DNA of 64,000 bases from Bryobacterales bacterium (GTDB lineage: Bacteria; Acidobacteriota; Terriglobia; Bryobacterales; Bryobacteraceae). The position numbers and the translations under genes were made by a program. Positions within the stretch are counted from its first letter, which is position 1, and every line of letters begins with the position of its first letter. The stretch is from positions 16,801-80,800 of the forward strand of contig CAWCLV010000009.1 of NCBI GenBank assembly GCA_963796485.1, read 5' to 3'. Positions 45,493-56,054 of the stretch are shown here, piece after piece. The notes under the pieces are model-generated. The model was not told the DNA's origin. It made no database searches and saw only the letters and a list, made by a program, of their open reading frames with translations.

Positions 45493-46587
45493 TCAGGCGA
45501 CCGCCTGTTCCCCCGTGTCGCCCAGTTTCTTGGTGCGGTAATAGGTGGTCAGGGCCTCGACAACCTGGTCCAGTTTGCCGTCCATCACGAAATCCAATTG
45601 ATGGAGCGTCAACCCGATGCGATGGTCCGTCACGCGGTTCTGCGGGAAATTGTAGGTCCGGATCTTCTCGCTCCGGTCGCCCGACCCGACCATGCTGCGG
45701 CGCTCGGCGCCCAGCGCGGCCTGCTGCTTCTCCAGTTCCATCTCGTAGAGCCGGGAACGCAGCACCCGCTCCGCCTTGGCGCGGTTCTTGATCTGCGATT
45801 TCTCGTCCTGGCATGACACCACCAGGCCGGTCGGCAGGTGCGTGATGCGAACCGCCGAATACGTCGTATTGACCGACTGTCCGCCAGGGCCGGAAGAGCA
45901 GAAGGTATCGATCCGGATGTCCTTGGGGTCGATCCTGATTTCCACCTCGTCCGCTTCGGGCAGCACCGCCACCGTGATCGCCGACGTGTGGACGCGGCCC
46001 TGCTGCTCCGTAACCGGAACGCGCTGTACCCGGTGCACGCCGCTTTCGTACTTCAGCTTGCTGTACACCTTCTCCCCGCTCACCAGGGCGATGACTTCCT
46101 TCAGGCCGCCGACCGAAGATTCGCTGCTCGACGTAAGTTCGATCTTCCAGTTCTGCGACTCGGCATACCGGGAGTACATCCGGAAGATCTCGGCCGCGAA
46201 CAGCGTGGCCTCGTCCCCGCCGGTTCCGGCGCGGATTTCGAGCACCACGTTCTTATCGTCGTTGGGATCTTTCGGCAGCAGCAGAATCTTGAGTTCTTCT
46301 TCGTACCGCGCGAACTCGGGCTCCTGTTGGACTACTTCCTCTTCGGCCATCGCACGCAGTTCGGCGTCGTGCTCGTCGAGCATGGCCTTTGCCTGCGCCA
46401 GCGAATCCGCCGCCTTCTTCCACTCGCGATACTTGGCCACCACCTCGGCAAGTTCGCTGTGGGCCTTCGTTATTCTGCGGTACTGCTCGGCATCGCCGAT
46501 CACTGCCGGATCGGCCATCTGCCCGTTGAGGTCGTCAAAACGCTTTTCGAGCAGGTCGAGCTTCTGAACTACTTGAGGGGAGAGCAT
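45493..46587 (-). CDS. prfA: Peptide chain release factor 1
   Basis: [11 protein letters not shown] (GGQ) and the RF1-type context [14 protein letters not shown]. Confidence 0.93.
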   Translation of the reverse strand: MLSPQVVQKLDLLEKRFDDLNGQMADPAVIGDAEQYRRITKAHSELAEVVAKYREWKKAADSLAQAKAMLDEHDAELRAMAEEEVVQQEPEFARYEEELKILLLPKDPNDDKNVVLEIRAGTGGDEATLFAAEIFRMYSRYAESQNWKIELTSSSESSVGGLKEVIALVSGEKVYSKLKYESGVHRVQRVPVTEQQGRVHTSAITVAVLPEADEVEIRIDPKDIRIDTFCSSGPGGQSVNTTYSAVRITHLPTGLVVSCQDEKSQIKNRAKAERVLRSRLYEMELEKQQAALGAERRSMVGSGDRSEKIRTYNFPQNRVTDHRIGLTLHQLDFVMDGKLDQVVEALTTYYRTKKLGDTGEQAVA

Positions 46588-46593
46588 GTCGAT

Positions 46594-47581
46594 TTAGGCG
46601 ATGACCAGTTCCCCGCCCTGGGACTTTTCGAGAGCCATGGCTTCATCCAGGGCCTTGATCGCAACCGCCGTCTGGTCATCGGCGGGCGGCTTGGTGGTAA
46701 TGCGCTGCATCCATAGTCCCGGAGCCGTCAGGGTCGCGAGGAACGATCCCCGGCGCTTCGCCGCGAACCGGATCAGCTCATACGCGATACCCGCGATCAG
46801 CGGCACCAGCACGACGCGCGAGACCAGCTTCGCGGCGAACCCGTCGAACGGGATCAGCGCGTAGCAAGGAATCGCCAGAACGAAAATCACAAAAAGGAAA
46901 CTGGTTCCGCATCGCGGATGGAAGGTCGAAAACCGCTGCGCATTCTCGACCGTCACCGGCTGGCCGGATTCGAAGTTGTAGACCACCTTGTGCTCGGCGC
47001 CGTGATATTCGAAAACGCGGTGGATGTCCTTCATCCGCGAAAGCGTGTAGAGCAGCAGGAGAAGAATCACCAGCCGCACACAGCCGTCCACCAGGTTGAA
47101 CGCCAGCCTACCCTGAAGCACCGGGTACACCGCGGAGAGTTTGGTTGCAATAAAAAGCGGCACGAACTTGTACGCGAAAATGAAGAACGCCAGGGAGAAG
47201 AGAATCGGGCCCGCCAGCGCCCACCCCGGAATCTCCTTCGGGGCCTCGCCGCCGGGATTCAGTTTCGGATCGTCAAGCGCCGCGGCCGCGGAATACTTCA
47301 GCGCCCGGCCTCCCAGTTTCAAGGCCTGATACAGCGTGCCGATCCCGCGGAAAACCGGGTAGCGGTAGATCTTGTATTGCTCCGACATGCGGACCAGAGG
47401 CATCTGCTCCGTGACGATCTCGCCGTCCGGCTTCCGTACGGCAACGCAGTAACTGTGGGGTGCCCGCATCATGACCCCCTCCATGACTGCCTGCCCGCCG
47501 ACGAGCGTTTCTTCGCCGCTCTCCAGGATCGGCATTAGCTGCAAATGGGTGAACAGACGGAAGAAGGTACTCGGGGACACA
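46594..47581 (-). CDS. DUF1385/YqhQ-like membrane protein
   Basis: GGQAVMEGVMMR and EYHGAEHKVV motifs. A GTG at 47581 preceded by GAGAGG is proposed as the start. The ATG alternative is 47535, and track start 47757 looks too long. Confidence 0.65.
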
Positions 47582-47668
47582 AAACCTCTCAGTGTTTCTT
47601 CTCCATTATACGCCAGCAGGCCGGAGGCCCGTCTGGTAGTGTACCTGCTTACCCCGTCCCAGGGATCC

Positions 47669-48595
47669 ATGCACCTCCTGACCAACGGCGTCCTCGTCGC
47701 TATCATCGCGCACGGACTCATCGGCATCTCCCTGGTCTGGGACAAAATCCTGCTCAAAGAGCCCGAAACGCAGAACCTGATCTCCTATGTCTTCTGGATG
47801 GGAGCGATCAGCGTATTCGGGGTCATCCTGATTTTCTTCGGGTTCCACATGCCCCCACTTTGGGTGATCGGGCTGTCGTTCGGTGCGGGAGCCTTCCAAA
47901 TGGTTGCAGTCTTCTTCTACTACCTCGCCCTGAAAAGGGGGGAGGCCTCGGAAGCACTGGCCGTGATGGGCGGGTTCTCGCCCGCGGCAACGGCGCTCAT
48001 CGGCTGGCCCCTGCTCGGCACCGTAGCCGGCGAGGGCGGCCTTCTCGGTTTCGCACTGATGGTGGGAGGCGGCTTCGTCATGTTCCTGACCGAGAATATG
48101 AACTATCGCAAACTGCTGCCCCCCGTTCTGATCGCATCCGGCTCATTCGGGTTGGTGAACGTAGTTCAGAAGATCGTGTTCAACCACGTAAACTTTGTCA
48201 GCGGATACGTATTCTTCACGATCGGCACGTTCGCGGCGGCCATGTTCCTTCTCGTCCGAAAATCCTGGCGCACGCAGATCTTCGAAAGCAGCGGAGGCGC
48301 CGAGCCGAGCAGCAGATTCTGGTACATGGTCAACCGCTTCCTGGCCGGCGTCGGTTCCTTCCTCGTCTATTACGCCATCAGCCGCGCCAATCCGGCCCTG
48401 GTCGATGCCATCTCCGGCGTGCGCTACGTGATCATCTTTCTGGGAGCGTACTTCATCACCAGGTGGAAACCCGAGTGGCTCGAGGAGGACTTCCACGGAA
48501 TGGTGCTGGTCGGGAAGATCATCGCAACCCTGCTGGTGATCGCCGGACTGGTGATCGTGGGTTTGCACGGAGGCCCCGGCGCTTCCACCGCCTGA
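47669..48595 (+). CDS. 10-TM DMT/EamA-like membrane protein
   Basis: Start placed at MHLLTNGVLVAIIAHG. The product is hydrophobic throughout with two similar halves. Confidence 0.5.
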   Translation: MHLLTNGVLVAIIAHGLIGISLVWDKILLKEPETQNLISYVFWMGAISVFGVILIFFGFHMPPLWVIGLSFGAGAFQMVAVFFYYLALKRGEASEALAVMGGFSPAATALIGWPLLGTVAGEGGLLGFALMVGGGFVMFLTENMNYRKLLPPVLIASGSFGLVNVVQKIVFNHVNFVSGYVFFTIGTFAAAMFLLVRKSWRTQIFESSGGAEPSSRFWYMVNRFLAGVGSFLVYYAISRANPALVDAISGVRYVIIFLGAYFITRWKPEWLEEDFHGMVLVGKIIATLLVIAGLVIVGLHGGPGASTA

Positions 48596-48602
48596 CCGGG
48601 GA

Positions 48603-48968
48603 CTACCGCAGAGAAAGCAGTCCGACTCCACACGCCACCAGGCAGGCGCCCAGCCAGCGCTGCCAGTGTACCTGCTCTTTCAGAATCCACTTCGCCAGGA
48701 TGGTCTCGATCATATAACTCCCGGCCGTGGCGGGGATCGCAAAGCTCAGGTCGGCAATCGACAGCAGCGAGAGCAGCGCGAAAAAACCCACGAACATCGC
48801 GACCACGCCGCCGACCACATACCGGTTTCGCGAGATCGAGCGAATCAGCCGCCGGATACCCGATGGATGGAAGTCTTCGACGCCGCCATGCTGCCGCATG
48901 CCGAATGCGTTGAGAAGGTCCCCCGTGGCGTTGCAGGCGATAATGACCGCTACCAGGATCCACCTCAT
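48603..48968 (-). CDS. Half-size EamA/DMT-type membrane protein
   Basis: 121 aa, about 4 TM helices, with a 4-nt overlap with the upstream half-size partner. Confidence 0.55.
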   Translation of the reverse strand: MRWILVAVIIACNATGDLLNAFGMRQHGGVEDFHPSGIRRLIRSISRNRYVVGGVVAMFVGFFALLSLLSIADLSFAIPATAGSYMIETILAKWILKEQVHWQRWLGACLVACGVGLLSLR

Positions 48969-49396
48969 CGCGTTTGCACCTCCCCTTCGGGATGGTCCGG
49001 TGTGGGCGCCGTGCGCGGGCGGGTGCGGCCGACGACGAGGACGCCGCAGAAAATCAGCGCAATACCCGACCAGTGGGCCAGCGAAACGTGTTCACCCAGC
49101 GTAAAGGCCCCGAGGATCGCGGTCAGCACGTAAGCGGAGGCGGTAATGGGAAGAACGTAGGTCAGGTCTGCCCAACTCAGCAGAGAGAGTTGGGCAATCA
49201 GCCAGCAGGCGAGCAGAAAAACGCCTGACAGTATCCACACATTGGCGAAAACCGGCAGAAAGGCTGCCGGCGAAAATGTGACGGTTGCGCCGATATGGCG
49301 CATCCCGATGCTCAGGAAATAGTTGCCGCCCACGTTGAGCAGCACGGCCGCGATCGCAAGACTGCGAACCAGGTTCCTGCGGTGCCCGTGATTCAT
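48965..49396 (-). CDS. Half-size EamA/DMT-type membrane protein
   Basis: 143 aa, about 4 TM helices, paired with 48603-48968. Confidence 0.55.
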   Translation of the reverse strand: MNHGHRRNLVRSLAIAAVLLNVGGNYFLSIGMRHIGATVTFSPAAFLPVFANVWILSGVFLLACWLIAQLSLLSWADLTYVLPITASAYVLTAILGAFTLGEHVSLAHWSGIALIFCGVLVVGRTRPRTAPTPDHPEGEVQTR

Positions 49397-49577
49397 AGCT
49401 CACTCGCGTGATCTTGTGCGGGCCCTGTCGTGTGACAGCCCATCCTTGGGGAAGTCCCCTAGAACCATCTAATCATGAAGAGGAACTCGTTGCAGGCGCG
49501 GCAGCCACAACGGGCGTTCTCAGCAGGTTTCTTCTCTTAAGATGCGCGTTCTCTTCGCGTAGTTCCGCACAGTCCGA

Positions 49578-50417
49578 TCAACGGAATAGCGCCCCGAAGG
49601 CATTGTCGAGCTGCGAATACCGAAACGGGTAGCCGGCGGCTTCCGCCTGCCGCGGCAACACGCGCTGGCTCGCCAGCAGCATTTCCGACATCTCGCCGAA
49701 CAACACCTGCAACACGGCCGAGGGCACGGGGAAAATGGCGGGTCGGTGCAGCGCTTTCGCCAGCGAGCGGGTGAAATCGGAGTTCGTCACCGGTTCCGGA
49801 GCCACGCCATTCACCGGACCGCGCAAGTCATGGTCCAGGCAGAACGCGATCAGCGAAACCAGATCCTGCACGTGAATCCAGGACGTCCACTGGTGCCCGG
49901 TACCGATTCGCCCGCCGAGCCCCAGCCGGAACGGCGGCAGCATGCGCTGGAGCGCTCCGCCCTTGGGGTCGAGCACCAACCCGGTCCGGACCATCACCAC
50001 ACGCACGCCGAGCGCCTCGGCCGCCTGTGCTTCCCGTTCCCACTGGACGCAGACCTCGGAGAGAAAGCCCTTGCCCGGAGCGGAGGCTTCCGTGAGGACT
50101 TCGTCGCCGCGCGAACCGTAATAGCCGATCGCCGAGGCGCTGATCAGAACCTTGGGACGGCTCTGAATCCCCGCCATCGCCTCCACCAGCCGGCGGGTGC
50201 CCTGCACCCGGCTATCGAGAATCCGCTGTTTCGTCGCGGGCGTCCACCGCTGCGCAACCGGCTCGCCCGCCAGGTGGATCACGGCGTCCGCATCACCCAG
50301 GGCGGCCGGATCCCAACCGCCGGTCCGATGGCTCACCGGCCGGATGGTGTGGCCCGACAGCACCGGCCGCAAGCGGCTGCCAATGAAGCCCGATGCGCCC
50401 GAAAGCACGATGTTCAT
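49578..50417 (-). CDS. YfcH/TIGR01777-like NAD-dependent epimerase-family protein
   Basis: Start placed at MNIVLSGASGFIGSRL, which overlaps the photolyase stop (ATGA). The C-terminal part is DUF1731-like. Confidence 0.75.
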   Translation of the reverse strand: MNIVLSGASGFIGSRLRPVLSGHTIRPVSHRTGGWDPAALGDADAVIHLAGEPVAQRWTPATKQRILDSRVQGTRRLVEAMAGIQSRPKVLISASAIGYYGSRGDEVLTEASAPGKGFLSEVCVQWEREAQAAEALGVRVVMVRTGLVLDPKGGALQRMLPPFRLGLGGRIGTGHQWTSWIHVQDLVSLIAFCLDHDLRGPVNGVAPEPVTNSDFTRSLAKALHRPAIFPVPSAVLQVLFGEMSEMLLASQRVLPRQAEAAGYPFRYSQLDNAFGALFR

Positions 50418-51793
50418 GAAGCCACCTCCTCGATCTCGCGGATGTAGGCGGCGGTATCGGTCTTGCGGTCCATGCCGCCGCGGGTCATGGAGCGCACCGT
50501 GCCGTAGATTCGGCGCTCGGGCCAGGGACGGTCGTGCAGCCCGAAGCACCAAAGGATGTTGGCGTAAGTATTGGGGTCGCGGCCGTCCAGGGCGTACCGG
50601 TCGTGCAGGTGGATCATCGTGGCCAGCGCCTCTTCCGGCGTTGCCGACCATTCGAGGATCATCTTGCCCCAATACATTCGGTAATACCCGTGAATTTTAC
50701 CGCGGATAAGCAACTCTTTCTGCGTCGCATTCCACAGGTCGTCGTGCGTGGCCGCGGCTTCGAATTGCTCCAGGGTGTATACCGGATCGCGGCGGTCGCG
50801 GCGGTGCGCCTTCAGCGTCTTGAGCGCCCATTCCGGCAGCACGGAAAGGCTGTCCACGCGCTCTACATGGTAGGCGAAATTGAAGGCCAGCTCGCGGCGG
50901 ACAATCAGCTCTTCGAGAAATTCGTCCGCTGCCAGGCCGTGTTCGGCCGCGTACTCCCGGACGGCCAGTGCGATCTCCAGCGCCGAGATGTGCCCGAAGT
51001 GCAGATATGGGCTAAGGTCCGATGTGGCATGCGCGGAAGGCTCGTTCTTGAAGCCGGAGTAGCGGCTCAACCGGTGCTTCAGGAACGTGTGGAGACGGCT
51101 CAGGGCGGCCTTGCGTCCGCCCGGGAAATCCGAACTGGGGCGGACGGTGTGATCAGTCCGGCTGGAGACAGCGGTTTTCGCGATGGACTTCGCCGCCGGA
51201 TACGCCCGCTTCACACGCACCGGGGGAAGCGGCCTCAGAAAATTCGGCAGCAGCCGCTGAATCTTCGGGCGGATCGAATAGGCGGCATAAGCGCGGCCCC
51301 CGGGGACGGCCGTATGCGGCACGACACAGCTCGAATCCACCGCGAAGCATGGAACGTCAAGAGCGGACGGATCCTCCGCCGAAAGCGACGCCGGCCAGTC
51401 GTCCGTCACCACCGCGGCGGCGCCCCGAACGTGCCTGTCCACCGCCTTTTCGCCGAGCCGGTACCCTACTCCGAGTTTGCCCAGGTCCGCCGCAAATTCC
51501 CCAGCCCCTTCCAGCACGAATTGATGGAAGCGGTCGCTGGCGTACGGGTCGTCCGTGCGGACATTCTCGGCCGCCAGCACCGGCACACCCAGGTTGTTCG
51601 CCAAGCCGGCGGCGAAAACCAGCGAGGGGTTGAACTGCACGCGGCGGGCCGACCGGACCCAGTAAAGCACGTACTTGCCGCCCTCTCTGGCGGGCTTTTC
51701 GTTCAGCTTTCGGACGTACTGCTCCACACCTATAGGATTCCGGGAGGGAGTCGCCGGGTACAATAAATGCCATGCGGGCCTGGAACCGGGCAA
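50414..51793 (-). CDS. Deoxyribodipyrimidine photolyase (class II-like)
   Basis: KYVLYWVRSARRVQFNPSL near the N-terminus and a C-terminal FAD-binding region (YYRMYWGK, WCFGLHDRPW). The true start may be a GTG near 51727. Confidence 0.75.
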   Translation of the reverse strand: MPGSRPAWHLLYPATPSRNPIGVEQYVRKLNEKPAREGGKYVLYWVRSARRVQFNPSLVFAAGLANNLGVPVLAAENVRTDDPYASDRFHQFVLEGAGEFAADLGKLGVGYRLGEKAVDRHVRGAAAVVTDDWPASLSAEDPSALDVPCFAVDSSCVVPHTAVPGGRAYAAYSIRPKIQRLLPNFLRPLPPVRVKRAYPAAKSIAKTAVSSRTDHTVRPSSDFPGGRKAALSRLHTFLKHRLSRYSGFKNEPSAHATSDLSPYLHFGHISALEIALAVREYAAEHGLAADEFLEELIVRRELAFNFAYHVERVDSLSVLPEWALKTLKAHRRDRRDPVYTLEQFEAAATHDDLWNATQKELLIRGKIHGYYRMYWGKMILEWSATPEEALATMIHLHDRYALDGRDPNTYANILWCFGLHDRPWPERRIYGTVRSMTRGGMDRKTDTAAYIREIEEVAS

Positions 51794-52797
51794 AACTACT
51801 TTGGGGATATCTCGCGCGCCGGAGCAGGCTGGCCGCCCTGCCGGTGGAGTACATCGTCGAGACCACCGCGAAGTGCAATCTGTATTGCCCGATGTGCCCG
51901 CGCGAGACCCACAAGCAGCCCAAAGCGGATATGGCCGATGACGTCTTCGAGCGCCTGGTGCGCGAGTCCGGCGAATCCGCCGAGCACATGATGCTGATCG
52001 GTCTCGGAGAGCCCTTTATGGACCGCCAGATCTTCGAGCGCATCGAGTTCTGCCATCGCCATAGCATTTCCACGCTGCTCTCGACGAACGGCACCTTTCT
52101 CGACGAAGCCTGTGCGACCAAAATCCTCGATTCACCCCTGGAGCAGATCACCCTCAGCTTCGACGGCGCGAAGAAGGAAACGTTCGAGTTCTACCGGAAA
52201 GGCGCCAAGTTCGAAAAGGTGCGGGACAACTTCGTCCGGTTCGCCCGCATGAAGGCGGAGCGGCGGTCGAAACTGCAAATCGTGGTGCAGATGGTGCAGA
52301 TGGACGGCAACGCGTCCGAGGTCGGCGATTTCATGCGCTTCTGGAGCGGACTCCCCGGCGTGGACCAGGTGCGGATCAAGGCGGACGAGACCAACCTCAT
52401 GCGCCCCGATGCCGGACACACCGCCGGCGAGTGGAAACACCCCTGCCATTACCTGTGGCGCGGCCCGATGTACGTCAAGCAGAACGGAGATATCTATCCC
52501 TGCTGCCAGAGTTACATGCTGGATGGGGCGCCCGTCGGGAACATCGGCGAGCAGAGCCTCGTAAACATCTGGAACGGGAAGCCCATGCAGGAGCTGAGGC
52601 ACCTCCACGCGACGGGGCGCGGCGGAGAGGTAGATATGTGCTCGCGCTGCTGCACCACGATTCCGCACCCCGCCCTGGTAACCGGCAGCCTGATTCTCCA
52701 CGGCCGCACGGTGCGCCGGCTGTTACCGCTGGTCGAGCGACTGACGTACCTTTCGAAGCTGCCGCGGAAGCTGCTGCTACCGGCGCGCCGGAAGTAA
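51772..52797 (+). CDS. Radical SAM enzyme with C-terminal SPASM-like Cys cluster
   Basis: CNLYCPMC (CxxxCxxC), GLGEPF, and C-terminal CHYLW...PCCQSY...CSRCC. Confidence 0.75.
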   Translation: MRAWNRAKLLWGYLARRSRLAALPVEYIVETTAKCNLYCPMCPRETHKQPKADMADDVFERLVRESGESAEHMMLIGLGEPFMDRQIFERIEFCHRHSISTLLSTNGTFLDEACATKILDSPLEQITLSFDGAKKETFEFYRKGAKFEKVRDNFVRFARMKAERRSKLQIVVQMVQMDGNASEVGDFMRFWSGLPGVDQVRIKADETNLMRPDAGHTAGEWKHPCHYLWRGPMYVKQNGDIYPCCQSYMLDGAPVGNIGEQSLVNIWNGKPMQELRHLHATGRGGEVDMCSRCCTTIPHPALVTGSLILHGRTVRRLLPLVERLTYLSKLPRKLLLPARRK

Positions 52798-52811
52798 GTC
52801 CGGCCCGAACG

Positions 52812-55800
52812 CTACTGGACTTGCAGCGTCACCGGTTTCGAATCGATGCCGTTCACGGTCACCACCAGCGGTTGCGGGCCCGACGGAGCCCCCTGCGGCA
52901 CCTCTGCGTTGATCTGGTACAGCCCAACGTACGGGGGAGTCAGGCCGCTGAAATCGACCTTGGCGGCAACGCCACCGATCTTCACCGTCGGCAGCACGTT
53001 TGTCTGGGCCAAAGCTTGCGAGGGACTCGGGTCGCCCGAGGCCGGCTGGTTCGATACCGGACCCAGCCCATTCGCATAGATGATGATTGTTTGGCCCTTC
53101 TGCGCCGGGTTCGAGGAGGTGATGAGCTGGTAGTTGCTGTCCTGCACCGCCGGTCCCGGAAACACACCAGGAGAGTAACTGTTGAGCGGAACCGTAATCA
53201 GGTTGCTCTCCAGCCCGCCGAAATTCACCTTCAGGGTCACCGACGACTGCCCCGCGAATTCCCACGGGATCTGCACATTCACCTGCCCCGGGCTCACGAA
53301 GTGCAGATGGCCGGGCAGCGAAAGACCGCCGCCGAAAAAACTCACGCTGATCGTGGAGAGCGAGACCGGCAGAAAAGGCGTCGAAACGACCTGCCGGGAA
53401 TCCGAGAGCCCTGCACCGAAGATCGAAATGTAGGACCCGGGCGCCAATCCCTGGCCGGCCTGAAACGTGGCAGCGTCCACCACACCGTTGGCGGGGATGA
53501 TCGGGAACGGCATGGTGACGCCATCCCACGTCTGCGTCAGTGAGCCGCTAGTGCCGGTGATGACCTGCTCGCCGGGTACGGAGTCGAAATTAATGGATAC
53601 ATAGCCGGTTCCCAAAAGGTCGGCACCGGAATCGCCGACGTCGATTGTCGCCGTGCCCTTGGGAACGGCGAACGAGAGCGGGGCGCCCTGCACGGGCACG
53701 CCCGCCGAATCGATCAGGCGCATCGGAAAGAGCCTCTGCTGCAGTCCCGTGTTGAACAGGAAGTTGCCGCAGCAGAGAGGAAACACATCGCTCGCCAGTC
53801 CGCTTCCCACCAGGTATTGGAACGGCAGGTGCAAATCTTTCCTTCCGGAAGTGCTGACCACCAGGAATCCGTCGTACGACCCCGGATTCGGCCTGCTTCC
53901 GCTGAGCGTCACCGAGACGGTGTTCCATTGTCCCGCGGCCACCGTCAGGCTCGACGGGCTCACTTTCACCGAGGCACTCGCGGCATTCGGCTGATTGACC
54001 GCGATGCTGAACGTCGCGCTCGATCCCGTCATGTTGGTGATCGTGACCGTGCGGCTGATGGAAATCGTAGTGGACGCAACCGCCCCGAATTCGATGGTAT
54101 CCGGAACCAGCGTCGCCGATGCGTTCACCGCGTCGCCCGCGCTGAGCTTCCCGGCGCCCGCGGCGTCGATGCTTGCCGTGCCGCCCTGATCCGTTACGTC
54201 CTGTGTCGCGGTGTTCACCACCAGCGACTTGATTTGGGCGGCCGTGATGCCCGACCCGAACTTCTGTTTCACCAGGGCCACCGCGCCCGCGACCATCGGA
54301 ACCGCATAACTGGTCCCGGTCACGCCCGCGTACCCGGACGCGTTGTAAACCGGCCCGTTCGGATCGTACTTCTGAGCCGCCGTGTAGAGGTCGGCGCCGG
54401 GAGCGACCAGTTCCGGTTTGATCACCGTCGTCGGCGTATTGGCGAAAGTTCCAATCGACGGTCCGCGCGAGGAGGCCGGCCACATGGCGTTTGCGGTAGT
54501 GTTCGACGCCTGAAACGTGGGGTCGAATGTGACGGTCGTATTCGAATGCGACGAGAGATAGCTTTTCACCGCAACGCCGTCGTTGTTGCCGATCACCATG
54601 GCCGGAATGCCGGTGTCCTGCACGCCCAGAGAAGAGAACGGCGTATTCTGCCCGCTCGGCAGGTACAGGGCTACCCCAATCGCGCCCGCGTTCTGGGCGT
54701 TGATCATCTTATCGCTGTCGAAGCACGTGCCCCGCTGAATCAGCGCGATGGCATTGGCCAGAGAACCCGCGGGCAGGGCGCTGCACGCCAGTCCGTCATT
54801 CCCCAAGGTGGCCACGTCGACAATCGGCCCGCTCACCGCGATGTGCGGACCGTCGCCGAACAGCGCATGGATGTTCCCCATTCCGCTCACCACCAGGGAT
54901 TGATACAGGACGTGCGAGTTCATCGTCGCTCCGACCGTGATCGCCGAAGGCGCCGTGCCGGGGGTATGAATCGTGGCGAGCGTTTGCGCCTTTCCACTGA
55001 CGTTGCCATCGTTGCCGGCCGCGGCTACCACCACCAGGCCGTTCTTCACCGCGTTCTCCACGGCCTGCACCATCACGTCGCACTGGCCGCCGCAGGCCGG
55101 ATCCACATCGAGCGGACCTGACCACTCCGGGTCGCCTTCGTGCATGGAGAGAGTGACCACGTCCATCCCGTCGTTGAGAGCGTCCTGAAGCGCCTGAACC
55201 ACCGCATCGACCGTGCCCCAGTAATTTACGCCGGGCGAGCCGAAAACTTTATAGTTGCCCAGAAACGCCTTCGGAGCGACGCCCTGAATCGAACCTCGCG
55301 GGCTGTTGTTCTGCGCGCCGGCGGCGATCATTGCGATAGCCGTGCCGTGCCCCTGGCGGTCGCGCGGCGAGAGGTCGTCGGGCCACGCCGTCCCCATCGG
55401 GTCGGACGGGTCGAAGGGAGCGGCCACCATGCTGACATAACTCCGCGCCACGATTACCTTGTTGTTGGTGTAGGCACAATCGCTGCCGCTGCATTTCGGG
55501 AAACCGGCGGGCGGGTTCAAGGACGGATCCTGGAACCCGGGATGGTTCTGGTCGATGCCCGAATCGATGATGCCGATCTTGATCCCGGCGCCCGCATTCG
55601 AAGCGCCGCCGACCGCGCTCCACGCCGTCGAGACGTTCGTCAGGTCGAGCGCCGTATCGAGATCCATAAAGACGGGCGGCGTCGGAACCACGTGCGCCAC
55701 CCCCGGGATGTTTCGCAGCTCCGCGGCAGTCTGGGGCGTAGCGCTGACGAATATCGCGTTCACCAGCACCTGTCCCGACGCGTGCACGGGAACCTTGCGA

Positions 55801-56009
55801 CGCGCCAACTCCGCGATCACGCCGCTTTGCGCGTTCCGTATTTTCGCAAGCTGTGCCTTAGCCTGGGGGCCCTGAAGAGCCAGCCTGGACTGGGTCGTTT
55901 GGGCTACCGGGGAATCCTGAAGAATGACTGCGTACTCGGCCAGCCGTCCACCGGGCTGGGCAAACGCTGCCAAGGCCAGCACAAAAAACAGGGAAACCGC
56001 CTTTTGCAT
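52812..56009 (-). CDS. Secreted subtilisin-like (S8) serine protease with PA domain, Ig-like repeats and a Solibacter-type C-terminal domain
   Basis: Start placed at MQKAVSLFFVLALAAFAQ (signal peptide). The triad contexts are IGIIDSGID, GHGTAIAM and GTSYAVPMVAG. The C-terminal ~200 aa (ATFQAGQGLAPGSYISIFG...GLYQINAEVP) match my recollection of TIGR03437. Confidence 0.85.
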   Translation of the reverse strand: MQKAVSLFFVLALAAFAQPGGRLAEYAVILQDSPVAQTTQSRLALQGPQAKAQLAKIRNAQSGVIAELARRKVPVHASGQVLVNAIFVSATPQTAAELRNIPGVAHVVPTPPVFMDLDTALDLTNVSTAWSAVGGASNAGAGIKIGIIDSGIDQNHPGFQDPSLNPPAGFPKCSGSDCAYTNNKVIVARSYVSMVAAPFDPSDPMGTAWPDDLSPRDRQGHGTAIAMIAAGAQNNSPRGSIQGVAPKAFLGNYKVFGSPGVNYWGTVDAVVQALQDALNDGMDVVTLSMHEGDPEWSGPLDVDPACGGQCDVMVQAVENAVKNGLVVVAAAGNDGNVSGKAQTLATIHTPGTAPSAITVGATMNSHVLYQSLVVSGMGNIHALFGDGPHIAVSGPIVDVATLGNDGLACSALPAGSLANAIALIQRGTCFDSDKMINAQNAGAIGVALYLPSGQNTPFSSLGVQDTGIPAMVIGNNDGVAVKSYLSSHSNTTVTFDPTFQASNTTANAMWPASSRGPSIGTFANTPTTVIKPELVAPGADLYTAAQKYDPNGPVYNASGYAGVTGTSYAVPMVAGAVALVKQKFGSGITAAQIKSLVVNTATQDVTDQGGTASIDAAGAGKLSAGDAVNASATLVPDTIEFGAVASTTISISRTVTITNMTGSSATFSIAVNQPNAASASVKVSPSSLTVAAGQWNTVSVTLSGSRPNPGSYDGFLVVSTSGRKDLHLPFQYLVGSGLASDVFPLCCGNFLFNTGLQQRLFPMRLIDSAGVPVQGAPLSFAVPKGTATIDVGDSGADLLGTGYVSINFDSVPGEQVITGTSGSLTQTWDGVTMPFPIIPANGVVDAATFQAGQGLAPGSYISIFGAGLSDSRQVVSTPFLPVSLSTISVSFFGGGLSLPGHLHFVSPGQVNVQIPWEFAGQSSVTLKVNFGGLESNLITVPLNSYSPGVFPGPAVQDSNYQLITSSNPAQKGQTIIIYANGLGPVSNQPASGDPSPSQALAQTNVLPTVKIGGVAAKVDFSGLTPPYVGLYQINAEVPQGAPSGPQPLVVTVNGIDSKPVTLQVQ

Positions 56010-56054
56010 AGCACCGCCATAGACGTCCTTGACGTCTGTTCTGTTGCACACCGA

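Noticed and set aside
49397-49577. 181-bp intergenic region and the 74-aa ORF at 49408-49632 checked for a tRNA, small RNA or small protein.
   Set aside because: I could see no cloverleaf-compatible arms or conserved structure. The ORF translation is low-complexity and overlaps the 3' end of the YfcH-like gene.
51772-56009. Radical SAM/SPASM gene next to a subtilisin-like protease as a possible RiPP cluster.
   Set aside because: The genes are convergent. The protease is a 1065-aa secreted enzyme with PA and surface domains rather than a leader peptidase. I found no credible precursor-peptide ORF.
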